This document shows positions 28,635 to 37,891 of a stretch of 64,000 nucleotides of DNA, one piece after another (position 1 is the first letter of the stretch; each line of letters begins with the position of its first letter). Made by a program: the position numbers and the translations under genes. A model generated the notes under the pieces. The model searched no databases. It saw nothing but the letters and a program-made list of their open reading frames with translations, and was not told the origin of the DNA. Source of the DNA: Armatimonadota bacterium (GTDB lineage: Bacteria > Armatimonadota > UBA5829 > DTLH01); assembly GCA_038207085.1 (NCBI GenBank), contig JBBRAE010000009.1, forward strand, positions 43,148 through 107,147, written 5' to 3'.

Positions 28635-30560
28635 ATGCGACTGCACATTTTCTTTCTTGCCACACTGGTTCTCACGACCACACTTGTCGCCGCTGAGGAC
28701 GCACCTGACGCTCGCCTCGACCAGAAGGTCACCTACCAGGCCAAAGGCGCACTGCTCCACACCGTTTGCGAGGAACTCACCCAAAAGACCGGCGTCGCAA
28801 TGCGCTCGGGGTCTAGCCTGAAAGACTGGCAGGTGCGCGACCGCAAGGTGACTCTATTCGTCAAAGACATGCCGCTTCGGGATGTGCATGCCAACCTCGC
28901 TAAGCTTTTGCGCTTCCGGTGGACCAAGTTCGACTCCAAGGGGTTGACCAGCTACAGGATCATCCAGGACGCCAAAGCGCGGACCGAGGAGGAGTCGCTG
29001 CGAGTGGCGGCGGCTGAAGAAAAGACGCAGAAGAGAACCAAAGCGCTCGCAAACGCTCTTGGTGAGATCCATTCTATCGGGTCGCTCAAGCCCGAAGATA
29101 TCGACAAGCTCAAGGAGACAAACCCCTGGCTGCATGTGCTTGCGACCCAGCCCATCGGGCGGTCTCTCTCTCAGCTTATCAAGCAGGTGCCGGAGGTGCG
29201 CGCAGCGCTTCAGGAGCGGAGAAAAGCGAGTATCGAGGTATCGAGCCTTTCGCCTGAAGCCCAGGAAGCAGTGCAGGCCTACGCCAAGGCATCAATGGAG
29301 CTTATGGGCAAATTGGTTTCCGGGCACCAAGGCGAACCCGGGTTCGAGCTCGTGAAGCTGACCCGGCTTGAGGTGAACAAGATGGTGGTTGCCGACCCTG
29401 ATGGGCAGGAAGCCGACTTCTTCCTGGGCGATGTGTCGACGGATCAGGGTCCCGGGATTCCCCTGTTCGACAGTACAAGCCAGGTCGGCAGGTTCACCGG
29501 TAAGCTTTTTCAACACGTCATAGACACAGACCAGACCCCTGATCAGGCCGAAAACCAGCGGCTCAACACTGAGATGGAAGCCCTGATGCAGAAACAGTGG
29601 GCGGGGTGGCTCGTCAAACTGCCTGAGGACGACCCCGACCTTGTGAAGACGATCGACTACAAAGACGTCAAAAAGCGGCTCGTCACACTGCCCGACTATC
29701 TTGAGATACTGGCAGAGAAGTCCGACCTGCAGCTATTCTCAGACCACTTCCGACCCGAATACGGCACGGGAAACCAGCCCACCCTGGCAGAGTCCAAGCT
29801 AAAAGCGATCATCGAGGCGATCGCTATTTCGTTTGAGAAGCAGCCAACAAAGACGGGCAAGATCATTCGCCTGGAGGATCACCGCTGGTTCGAAAAGCGC
29901 AGTTGGGAGGTCTCCGAGGCGCAGCTTGAGCGGTGGAAGAAGCTTGCCAAGCAGTACAAGCTGACTCTTTCAGAGCTTGTGGAGATGGCGAGCCTATCCG
30001 ACGCACAGATCGAGCATACGCTCTATGGGGATGGGGAGATGGGTGAGTATATTGATGTTTGCGTTTTTTGTGATGAACGGAATCGGCAAGTCCTGCGTTT
30101 CTTCGGGGCGCTCAGCTCGGCACAGCAACTTGCCTCTCAGGCCGAACAGGGGCTGTCGATCGAGGCGCTCACCCCGGCGCAGCTTGTGAGCCTGCAGGGT
30201 ATGGCCAAGTTCGATCCCGCCAAGCCGCTTGTCTTTAGACTGGGAAGCGATGAGATCGACGGCTACAGATGGCATACCTTTACCCTTGTTGACTTATCCC
30301 TATACCTGGAGCCGTCTTCGGAGCCGCAGGAAGATACCGTGGAAGCTCCCGCCGAAGACACGGATACGGATGACGAGACACATGTGGTCCCTGATGGGGA
30401 TGATTCGTGGAAAGAGGAACTTGCGCAGGGTGTGGCCGGAGAGTGGTCGATTCGCATCCCGACCAAAGCCCCCGAGCCTTGCGACGAGAGTTACGAACCG
30501 GAGCCAGGCGAGGATGTGCCGGAGATCAGTCCCGCGCCGGATGCGGCTCCCTCAGAGTAG
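28635..30560 (+). CDS. exported hypothetical protein with two STN-like domains and an acidic tail; paralog of 13743..15551
   Basis: Signal peptide MRLHIFFLATLVL; PDARLDQKVTYQAKG; WFEKRSWEVSEA; AGGGGGA RBS. Confidence 0.75.
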   Translation: MRLHIFFLATLVLTTTLVAAEDAPDARLDQKVTYQAKGALLHTVCEELTQKTGVAMRSGSSLKDWQVRDRKVTLFVKDMPLRDVHANLAKLLRFRWTKFDSKGLTSYRIIQDAKARTEEESLRVAAAEEKTQKRTKALANALGEIHSIGSLKPEDIDKLKETNPWLHVLATQPIGRSLSQLIKQVPEVRAALQERRKASIEVSSLSPEAQEAVQAYAKASMELMGKLVSGHQGEPGFELVKLTRLEVNKMVVADPDGQEADFFLGDVSTDQGPGIPLFDSTSQVGRFTGKLFQHVIDTDQTPDQAENQRLNTEMEALMQKQWAGWLVKLPEDDPDLVKTIDYKDVKKRLVTLPDYLEILAEKSDLQLFSDHFRPEYGTGNQPTLAESKLKAIIEAIAISFEKQPTKTGKIIRLEDHRWFEKRSWEVSEAQLERWKKLAKQYKLTLSELVEMASLSDAQIEHTLYGDGEMGEYIDVCVFCDERNRQVLRFFGALSSAQQLASQAEQGLSIEALTPAQLVSLQGMAKFDPAKPLVFRLGSDEIDGYRWHTFTLVDLSLYLEPSSEPQEDTVEAPAEDTDTDDETHVVPDGDDSWKEELAQGVAGEWSIRIPTKAPEPCDESYEPEPGEDVPEISPAPDAAPSE

Positions 30561-30617
30561 CTTTTCCATCTCGGCGCACAAAAAGTCGAGTCCTGAGGCG
30601 CTTCTCGGACCGGGGGG

Positions 30618-31820
30618 CTACTGCTCAAGCTTGAACCCCTCGGGCCAGAGTGTTGCGTCGCTCGCGTTTACACCGTTCATCGACGCCTCCCCGATCCCCC
30701 CGGAGCCCCGGAAGTCGGCGCCTTCCACATTTGCCGAGTCAAGAGTCGCATCGTCGAGGTCGACTGAGGCAAGAGTCGCGCCTGAGAGATTGGCCCCGGC
30801 GAGGTTCGCGCCACGGAGATCGCAGTTTGACATCACGGCGTTTGAGAGATCGGTGTTTTCGAAGCGGACGCCTCTTAGATCGGCTCCGCGGAGGCTTGAG
30901 CCGGGCATGACGGCGTTTGTGAAGTCGGCGGCGTTTGAGTCGCCGTGGAGGTCGGCGTCATCGAAGCGCGCGCGGGAGAGTTGAGCGCCCGAGAAGTCCG
31001 CGCCACGGAGGTTTGCACCTCGGAAATCGGCGCGTTCGAGGTCGGAATTGGCGAAGTTTGCGCCTACCAGGCTCGATCCCGCAAAGTTTACGCCCCCGAG
31101 GTCCTGGCCTGAGAAATCTCGGCCGTTCAGGTTCTTGCCACGGTAGCTTTTGGGGGCCTGAGAAGCTTTCACGCGCGCAGGTTTTTTGGACTTGCCATAC
31201 TCCGGATGCTTGCTCCAGACCTTGTGTTCGTCATGTGATGCGGCAGTCGTCGCCGCCTTGGTCTTTGCGACGGGCTCGACGGCGTTCTTCTTAAGAAGCA
31301 CTGGAAGTCCGACACCGGCGCACACCGCGAGTGTGATGCAGAGGAATATCGCGGTCCCGCGCCAGCCGTTCTTCTCGGACTGAACCGGCACGCCTCGCTT
31401 GAGCGCTGTAACACGCGAAGGCGGCGGTTGATGTGCGGCCGACCACCCCGGGGACTTTCCTCCAACGAGCGCTCGGACCTCGTGAAGGAGCTTGCGTGCT
31501 TTGTCGTAGCCGGGGTCGATGTGGATCGCGGCGTTCAGCCGCTCAATCGAGTCTTCGAGCTCTCCCGCCTGATACAGCAGTTTGCCGAAGTTATACTGCA
31601 CCTGTGCGGAGTGGGGGTTCAGACTTGCAGCCTGGTTCATTGCGCGCATCCCCTCGGTGATGCGCCCGGTGCGCCCGAGGCACGCGCCAAGGAGCATATA
31701 CCCCTCGTAGCCCTCAGGGGAGTATATGACGATATCTTTCAGTATCTTGACGGCGTGCGCGAAGTCCTCACGCGCGATCGCCTCTTTTGCAGTGTTGATC
31801 AAACGGACATCTTCGCTCAA
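30618..31820 (-). CDS. TPR - transmembrane - pentapeptide-repeat protein
   Basis: N-terminal TPRs (YNFGKLLYQAGELEDSI), one TM (AIFLCITLAVCAGVGLPVLL), A(D/N)(L/F)xx repeats. Confidence 0.85.
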   Translation of the reverse strand: MSEDVRLINTAKEAIAREDFAHAVKILKDIVIYSPEGYEGYMLLGACLGRTGRITEGMRAMNQAASLNPHSAQVQYNFGKLLYQAGELEDSIERLNAAIHIDPGYDKARKLLHEVRALVGGKSPGWSAAHQPPPSRVTALKRGVPVQSEKNGWRGTAIFLCITLAVCAGVGLPVLLKKNAVEPVAKTKAATTAASHDEHKVWSKHPEYGKSKKPARVKASQAPKSYRGKNLNGRDFSGQDLGGVNFAGSSLVGANFANSDLERADFRGANLRGADFSGAQLSRARFDDADLHGDSNAADFTNAVMPGSSLRGADLRGVRFENTDLSNAVMSNCDLRGANLAGANLSGATLASVDLDDATLDSANVEGADFRGSGGIGEASMNGVNASDATLWPEGFKLEQ

Positions 31821-31844
31821 CTCTTGGCCCTCCCGGGCGCGTGG

Positions 31845-31925
31845 CTAACCCGCATTATTCACGAGAAGCGTGAATGATGCTCTCTTAGCAAGAGCTTTAT
31901 TCGCTTCACGAATAAAGCGGGCTAA
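31845..31925. mobile_element. family-B MITE/REPIN-like element
   Basis: CTAA-CCCGC...GCGGG-CTAA, between the dnaE stop and the downstream RBS. Confidence 0.8.
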
Positions 31926-31926
31926 G

Positions 31927-34900
31927 CTACTCCGTCCACACTCTTTCCGCTCCTACAAGGTCTCGGATAGCGGCCAGAAATTGCGGAGAAGGAGCCACGC
32001 AGCACCCCGTGCATACCTTCGCAGTGTCGCCTCGATCAGGAACATGTATATATACCGGCAGTTGGCCGGGATGACTCGATATTGCAGATCTCAGGCCCGG
32101 GAGCCTGTTTCGCAGCTCCTCAGAGAGCCTTATGTGCACCTCGCTTGCGGTGTGCGCCATAGACGAGCCTGCTGCAGTGATGGGCCGCACGCTCTCGGCG
32201 GAAAACGCAGTCGTCGGAACGCCCCAGGACGCAATCTGAGGCTGCGCCGTTTCCTCTAAGGGAGCCGGTTTGTAGCCGTTTTTGAGCACGCTGATGCTGT
32301 CGGCCAGAACTTCGACCGTGTATGATCTCTCTTCGTCGTCGCCCGAGCTCTTTCCTCCCATGCGTTCACGGTGGCTCGCTTTGCCCCGGATAATAACGAT
32401 GCGGTCGGCCTCAAGCGTCTGTCCGAACTCTTTGAAGACCTTGGGGAAGATCGTGACTGAGATCGTGCCGGTCAGGTCTTCGATGCGCACAAACGCCATC
32501 TTATCCTGGTTGCGCTTGGTCAGGTGGTGCTTGACCTCGCAAATCAGGCCGCCGACCACGCAGTCCTGCTCGTCGGCAAGCTCCTGGAGCCGCTCGCTTG
32601 TGACAGAGACTCGCCGCTCCAGCTGCTCGCGCACATGCATAAGCGGATGGTCGGAAACAAAGAGCCCGAGGAGATCTTTTTCCATCGCCAAAAGTTCGTC
32701 GTTATGAAACTCCGGGACGTTTTCGTATTTGGACGCGTCCATCGCGTGGGAATGGTCCTCGTCGTCGTGCGAGCCGCCAAAGAGCGCAGCCTGGCCGTTT
32801 AGCTTGTCGCGGTTGATCGCCGTTGCGATCGACATCGCCTCGTCGAGCATCTCAAGGCCCATCTTGCGCCCCGGGATAATCGATGCAAACGCGCCTGCGC
32901 GAATAAGTGTGTCGACGACGCTTTTTCCTACCTGTCCAGTTTCCATCACCCGCACGCAGAAGTCAAGCAGGCTCAAGAACGGCCCACCGCTTTCTCGCGC
33001 GGCGACGATCGCCTCGACCACGCCTTTGCCGACGTTTTTGATAGCTGCCAGGCCAAAGCGCACCTTGCCGTCTTCTACGCGGAAGTCGACCGCGCTTGCG
33101 TTTACATCAGGAGGCAGCACCTCGATCTTGAGCCTGCGGCACTCTTCGATGTAGAGCGCGATTTTTTCTTTGTTGTCAAAATGCGTGGCAAGCATCGCGG
33201 CGAAGTATTCGACTGGGTAGTTTGCCTTGAGGTACGCTGTCTGGTAAGCTACATGGGCGTAGCAGACCGCGTGGGCTTTGTTGAAACCATAGCCTGCGAA
33301 CGGCTCGACCAAGTCAAAGATGGAGGCGGCGATTTTCTTCGAGATGCCCTTGGCCTGGGCGCCTTCGAAGAACTTGGCCTTCATTTTGTCCATCTCTTCT
33401 TTTTTCTTCTTACCCATAGCCCGGCGCAGAATGTCCGCCTGACCGAGAGAGAAGCCCGCAACGGCGCGCGCGATATACATGACGTCGTCCTGATAAACGA
33501 CTACGCCGTAGGAGTCCTTGAGCAGCGGCTCAAGACAGGGATGGAGGAATTCGATCTTCTCCTGGCCGTTCTTACACCTGATATACTGCGGGATGTTCGC
33601 CATCGGGCCTGGCCGGTAAAGCGCGATCATAGCCGCGAGTTCTTTGATCGAGGTGGGCCGCAGTTCCTGGATATACTTGCGCATCCCCGCGCTTTCAAGC
33701 TGAAAGACGCCTGTGGTGTCGCCTTTGCTCAGCATCTCAAAGGCACTCCGGTCGTCGTGGGGGATATTCAGGATATCGATATGCTCCCCACGGCTCTGCT
33801 TGACGTTTTTGATGCAGCGGGCAAGGATCGTCAGGTTGGCTAAGCCAAGGAAGTCCATCTTGAGCAGGCCGACCATTTCAAGGCCGTGGGCGTCAAACTG
33901 GGAGATGATTTCTCCGCGTGACCCCTTCATCACCGGGCTGCTCTCTACAAGTGGGTCGCCTGAGATGATGATGCCCGCCGCGTGCGTGCTGGAGTGACGC
34001 GACACCCCTTCGAGCATCTTCGCGGTGTCGATCAGCTTCTTTACAGCCGGGTCGGCCTTGTAAGCCGCGTCAAACTCGGGGTTTTCTCTCATCGCCTTGC
34101 TGATAGAGATACCAACTGGGATGCTTGGGATCATCTTACAGATCTTGTCGACGTCAGCAAGCGGCATGCCAAGAGCGCGCCCAACGTCACGGACAGCAGC
34201 TTTTGCGCCGAGCGTTCCAAAAGTGATAATCTGGGAGACGTGGTCCGCGCCGTACTTCTCGGTGACGTAGCGGATAACCTCGTCGCGGCGGTCGTCCTGA
34301 AAGTCCATATCGATATCAGGCATGGACACGCGCTCGATGTTAAGGAATCGCTCGAAAGGTAGCGCATACTCGATCGGGTCGACGTCTGTAATCCCCAGGC
34401 AATACCCGACGATCGCTCCCGCCGCGGAACCTCTGACACCGATACAAATCCCCTGCTGGCGCGAGAACAGGGCAAAGTCGCGCACGATCAGGAAATACTT
34501 GGGGTAGCCCATCGTCTTGATGACGTCGAGCTCCATTTTGACGCGCTCCCTGATCTCGTCGGTAGGCTCCGCGTAGCGCTCGTTCATCCCTTCCCACGCG
34601 AGCTGTTCGAGGTAATCGTCGGCGCTCATCCCCTCGGGGATGCCGGGCTCAGGCATCTGACTTCGCGAGAAATCGAGCTCCACGTTGCAGCGTTCAGCGA
34701 TCTCAAGCGTGTTTTCAAGCGCGCCGGGGATGTGGCCGAAGCGCTCGGCCATCTCTGCCTGGCTTTTGAAATAGAACTCCTGGCTGCCGAACCTGAATCG
34801 CTTGGGGTCGTCGATCGTCGTGCTGGTCTGGATGCAAAGCAGCACGTCGTGTGCGGATGCGTCGGCTTTGGTCAGATAATGGTTGTCGTTGGTGCAGATC

Positions 34901-35508
34901 AGTTTGACGTCGAGCTCCTGGCTCATCCTGATGATCGCTTCGTTGACGGCTTTTTGCTCGGGCAGGTCGTGGTCCTGAAGCTCGAGGTAGATGTTGTCTT
35001 TGCCGAATATCTCGCGGTACTCGCAGAACGACTTGACCGCCGCGTCGTAGTCGCCGCGGTTGATCATCTCAGGGACCTCGCCTCCAAGGCACGCCGTAGC
35101 GGCGATTATCCCTTTGGAGTGGCGTGAGAGAAACTCTTTGTCGACGCGGGGCTTGTAGTAGAACCCGTCCGTCCACCCGACCGAGCAGATCTTGAGCAGG
35201 TTCTGGTAGCCTTCCAGGTTTTCGGCAAGGAGCAGGAGGTGAAACTGTTTTTTGTCTTTGCCGGGGTTGCGGTCGCTCATCTTGCGCGGGGCGACGTAGA
35301 CCTCGCAGCCGAGGATCGGCTTGATCCCTTCCCTCAGGCACGTCTCGTAGAAGTTGATCGTGCCGAACATCACCCCGTGGTCAGTGAGCGCCAGAGCAGA
35401 CATGCCGTATTCTTTGGCGAGCCTGACCATATCCCTGATGCGGGTCGCCCCGTCAAGGAGACTAAACTCGGAGTGTGTATGAAGATGAACGAAGTTAGAC
35501 GTGCTCAC
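31927..35508 (-). CDS. dnaE: DNA polymerase III alpha subunit
   Basis: FVHLHTHSEFSLLDG PHP domain, RGSAAG, MPDIDMDF, YGFNKAH, OB fold; likely GTG start at 35508; no intein seen. Confidence 0.96.
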   Translation of the reverse strand: MSTSNFVHLHTHSEFSLLDGATRIRDMVRLAKEYGMSALALTDHGVMFGTINFYETCLREGIKPILGCEVYVAPRKMSDRNPGKDKKQFHLLLLAENLEGYQNLLKICSVGWTDGFYYKPRVDKEFLSRHSKGIIAATACLGGEVPEMINRGDYDAAVKSFCEYREIFGKDNIYLELQDHDLPEQKAVNEAIIRMSQELDVKLICTNDNHYLTKADASAHDVLLCIQTSTTIDDPKRFRFGSQEFYFKSQAEMAERFGHIPGALENTLEIAERCNVELDFSRSQMPEPGIPEGMSADDYLEQLAWEGMNERYAEPTDEIRERVKMELDVIKTMGYPKYFLIVRDFALFSRQQGICIGVRGSAAGAIVGYCLGITDVDPIEYALPFERFLNIERVSMPDIDMDFQDDRRDEVIRYVTEKYGADHVSQIITFGTLGAKAAVRDVGRALGMPLADVDKICKMIPSIPVGISISKAMRENPEFDAAYKADPAVKKLIDTAKMLEGVSRHSSTHAAGIIISGDPLVESSPVMKGSRGEIISQFDAHGLEMVGLLKMDFLGLANLTILARCIKNVKQSRGEHIDILNIPHDDRSAFEMLSKGDTTGVFQLESAGMRKYIQELRPTSIKELAAMIALYRPGPMANIPQYIRCKNGQEKIEFLHPCLEPLLKDSYGVVVYQDDVMYIARAVAGFSLGQADILRRAMGKKKKEEMDKMKAKFFEGAQAKGISKKIAASIFDLVEPFAGYGFNKAHAVCYAHVAYQTAYLKANYPVEYFAAMLATHFDNKEKIALYIEECRRLKIEVLPPDVNASAVDFRVEDGKVRFGLAAIKNVGKGVVEAIVAARESGGPFLSLLDFCVRVMETGQVGKSVVDTLIRAGAFASIIPGRKMGLEMLDEAMSIATAINRDKLNGQAALFGGSHDDEDHSHAMDASKYENVPEFHNDELLAMEKDLLGLFVSDHPLMHVREQLERRVSVTSERLQELADEQDCVVGGLICEVKHHLTKRNQDKMAFVRIEDLTGTISVTIFPKVFKEFGQTLEADRIVIIRGKASHRERMGGKSSGDDEERSYTVEVLADSISVLKNGYKPAPLEETAQPQIASWGVPTTAFSAESVRPITAAGSSMAHTASEVHIRLSEELRNRLPGLRSAISSHPGQLPVYIHVPDRGDTAKVCTGCCVAPSPQFLAAIRDLVGAERVWTE

Positions 35509-35699
35509 AGTTCCGCGCTTCCTGTCCGGTGGCGCAAGCGCCACTGGATCTACGGCGCTATCTGCGCCGTCTCTTAAAGACTGGCGCTATGCGCCACGGG
35601 TATCGCGAGCTTACGCGCAGGCAAATGCGCCCACGCAACCCAAGATATGGTGCTCGCCGGGGAACAATCACCAACATATTGTGCCAGCAAGCAACTTAG

Positions 35700-35728
35700 A
35701 TTGTACACCAAGCAGACGGTGATTTCAA
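35700..35728 (-). promoter_or_regulatory. sigma70 promoter for dnaE
   Basis: Minus strand TTGAAA-N17-TACAAT. Confidence 0.6.
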
Positions 35729-35826
35729 GCGCGGGAGGGCCATTCCAGCCCGTTTGGTATGGTGAGTTTTTACCCAGCGGAGGAGCTTGTGAAGCTTGTT
35801 TGTGGAAAGTGGAATACTTGCGGAAA

Positions 35827-35852
35827 GGGCGGACACATTGGTCCGCCCCTAC
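35827..35852 (-). repeat. family-A REP
   Basis: Identical to 4791-4816. Confidence 0.85.
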
Positions 35853-35869
35853 GATAGCGTCCGCACCAT

Positions 35870-36646
35870 TTAGAACATCGCCGCCATTCCCTTGGGCTCT
35901 GTGATTTCGCCCTGCAGGGATACGGTCCTGACGATCACGGGAATGCTCTTGCCGGAGGCCTCGACAGCCTGTTTGGCCGCGGCGACTATCCCAAAGCAGC
36001 AGGGGACCTCCATGTGGAGCACCGTGACACTCTTGATGTTGTTCTGCGTGACTATTGCGTGTAGTTTTGCGACGTAGGCGTCGATGTCATCGAACTTCGG
36101 GCAGCCGATCACAAGTGCTTTGCCACGCAAAAAGTCGGGATGAAGCGAGCCGTAGGCAAACGCTGTGCAGTCGGCTGCGACAAGCAGGTCGGCGTCCTGG
36201 AAGTAGGGCGCTCCCGGGTTGACGAGGTTCAGCTTGACCGGCCACTGCCGAAGTTCGCTTTCGATCTGGACGCTCTCGCCTGCGGGCTTGGCCACTTCGT
36301 CTTTGGCGCGGAAATCGAACATCTTTGCGGACGGGCAGCCGCCTCCGCCGTGATGGGCGTGGGGTTTGGGCGCGGCGTGAGGCTGCGGGGCGCGACCGAT
36401 CTTCTTCAGGTGCTCCTCTACCGCGGACTCATCGTACTCCTCAGTATCGCGTTCTTCGAAAGAAAGCGCTCCCTGCGGGCACTCGCCAAGGCAGGCGCCG
36501 AGCCCGTCGCAGTAGCGGTCCTGCACAAGCTTCGCCTTGCCGTCTATGATCTGAATAGCCCCTTCGGCGCAACTCGGAACGCACAGACCGCACCCGTTGC
36601 AGAGCTCCTCGTCAATTTTGATAACCTGCCTTGTAACCTTTGCCAT
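35870..36646 (-). CDS. 2x[4Fe-4S] ferredoxin-domain protein (FrdX-like, hcp-associated family)
   Basis: CNGCGLCVPSC, CDGLGACLGECP, GCPS, QWPVKL, AADCTA, GCPK, MEVPCC. Confidence 0.85.
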   Translation of the reverse strand: MAKVTRQVIKIDEELCNGCGLCVPSCAEGAIQIIDGKAKLVQDRYCDGLGACLGECPQGALSFEERDTEEYDESAVEEHLKKIGRAPQPHAAPKPHAHHGGGGCPSAKMFDFRAKDEVAKPAGESVQIESELRQWPVKLNLVNPGAPYFQDADLLVAADCTAFAYGSLHPDFLRGKALVIGCPKFDDIDAYVAKLHAIVTQNNIKSVTVLHMEVPCCFGIVAAAKQAVEASGKSIPVIVRTVSLQGEITEPKGMAAMF

Positions 36647-36714
36647 TTTCGATGTCCTCGCTTCTTGTATAATCACTTTCTAATACGATTATAGACCAGG
36701 CGGAGTCGCAAAAC

Positions 36715-36730
36715 CTTGACCCAGGTCAAG
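36715..36730. promoter_or_regulatory. CRP/FNR-family (HcpR-like) binding site
   Basis: CTTGAC-CCAG-GTCAAG, centred about -41.5 from the start implied by minus-strand TATAAT at 36688-36693. Confidence 0.7.
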
Positions 36731-36821
36731 AACAGTAAATATCTCGATCTATTTTCCTGGGAGCAGGTCTCTGGAAATACTTATGGAGATTTGCGCCTGT
36801 AAGTTACTGCTGAGGTAGTAA

Positions 36822-36837
36822 TGGCACGATTCTTGCA
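36822..36837 (+). promoter_or_regulatory. sigma54 (-24/-12) promoter
   Basis: TGGCACG-ATTC-TTGCA, exact GG-N10-GC consensus. Confidence 0.75.
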
Positions 36838-36891
36838 CCAATCACCAGTAACACGCCCCTCAGGTAATGGGCACGAGGAGGGACATCCGAA

Positions 36892-37014
36892 ATGAGTAAG
36901 TTTAGCAAGGCAATAAGAACAACCGCCCATATAGCGGTGCTCTGCCCCGTGACAATCGCGATGGGAACCTATATGCTCTTCGCCCGCAAAAGGCTGTTCG
37001 AGCAGTTCCTGTGA
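36892..37014 (+). CDS. 40-aa small protein with one hydrophobic segment (MSKFSKAIRTTAHIAVLCPVTIAMGTYMLFARKRLFEQFL)
   Basis: GAGGAGG RBS, upstream sigma54 promoter, downstream terminator; below the ORF-track cutoff. Confidence 0.65.
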   Translation: MSKFSKAIRTTAHIAVLCPVTIAMGTYMLFARKRLFEQFL

Positions 37015-37052
37015 TATCGAAGTAACAATGCAATTTTGAGAGGGAAATTCCA

Positions 37053-37088
37053 GCCGCGCCTGATGATTTCAGGCGCGGTTTGTTCTTG
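37053..37088 (+). terminator. intrinsic terminator after the small ORF
   Basis: GCCGCGCCTGA...TCAGGCGCGGT followed by TTGTTCTT. Confidence 0.65.
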
Positions 37089-37302
37089 TACCGGCCGCCA
37101 TCTGTTAAGCTTGACGCTTGCCGGCAAGATACGGAACGAAGAAAGCTGGAAAGATGAGAAACCGAAAAAGTCTTCTTTCGTGTTTCTCCCGTTTCGTAAT
37201 TTCATAGTCAAGACTTGTTGGGTGGCGATTTTCGAATCGCCACCCCAAAGCTAAGACGGGGTTTCCGAATCCCGAAGGGCGTAATGCATGGCAATTGACC
37301 CA

Positions 37303-37890
37303 CTAGAGCGTACCCTTGGTGCTCGGAATGCCCTTCACTCGGTCGCTCTTTGAGACAGCCTCGCCGAGAGCGCGTGCGAACGACTTGAACGCCCCTTCTA
37401 CAATGTGATGTGCGTTGGAGCCGACGATCTGCCTGATGTGGACGGTCATCTTGGCGTTTCGGGCAAGGGCCGTGAAAAACTCCTCAACAAGCTCGCTTGG
37501 AAACTCGCCGATCATCTCCGCTGGGACATCAAGCGACAATTCAAGGAGTCCCCGACCGCTGATGTCGATCGAGGTCATCACAAGCGCCTCGTCCATCGGC
37601 ACTGTTGCTGTGCCGTAGCGGCAAATGCCTTCTTTGGAGCCAAGCGCCTGGTCTATCACCTGCCCGAGCGCTATTCCCACGTCCTCAACTGTGTGGTGGG
37701 CGTCGATCTCAAGGTCGCCTTTGGCAGAGATATCGAGGTCGATCAGGCTGTGACGCCCGATCTGGTCGAGCATGTGGTCGAAGAATCCGATGCCGGTCGA
37801 GACAGAGGTGTTCCCCTCGCCGTCGAGGTTCACTTTGACCCGGATGTCGGTCTCTTTGGTTTTTCGCGCGATTTCAGCGGTTCGTGACAT
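37303..37890 (-). CDS. hisB: imidazoleglycerol-phosphate dehydratase
   Basis: RKTKETDI, TGIGFFDHML, HHTVED, PMDEAL, NAHHIVE, PSTKG. Confidence 0.96.
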   Translation of the reverse strand: MSRTAEIARKTKETDIRVKVNLDGEGNTSVSTGIGFFDHMLDQIGRHSLIDLDISAKGDLEIDAHHTVEDVGIALGQVIDQALGSKEGICRYGTATVPMDEALVMTSIDISGRGLLELSLDVPAEMIGEFPSELVEEFFTALARNAKMTVHIRQIVGSNAHHIVEGAFKSFARALGEAVSKSDRVKGIPSTKGTL

Positions 37891-37891
37891 G

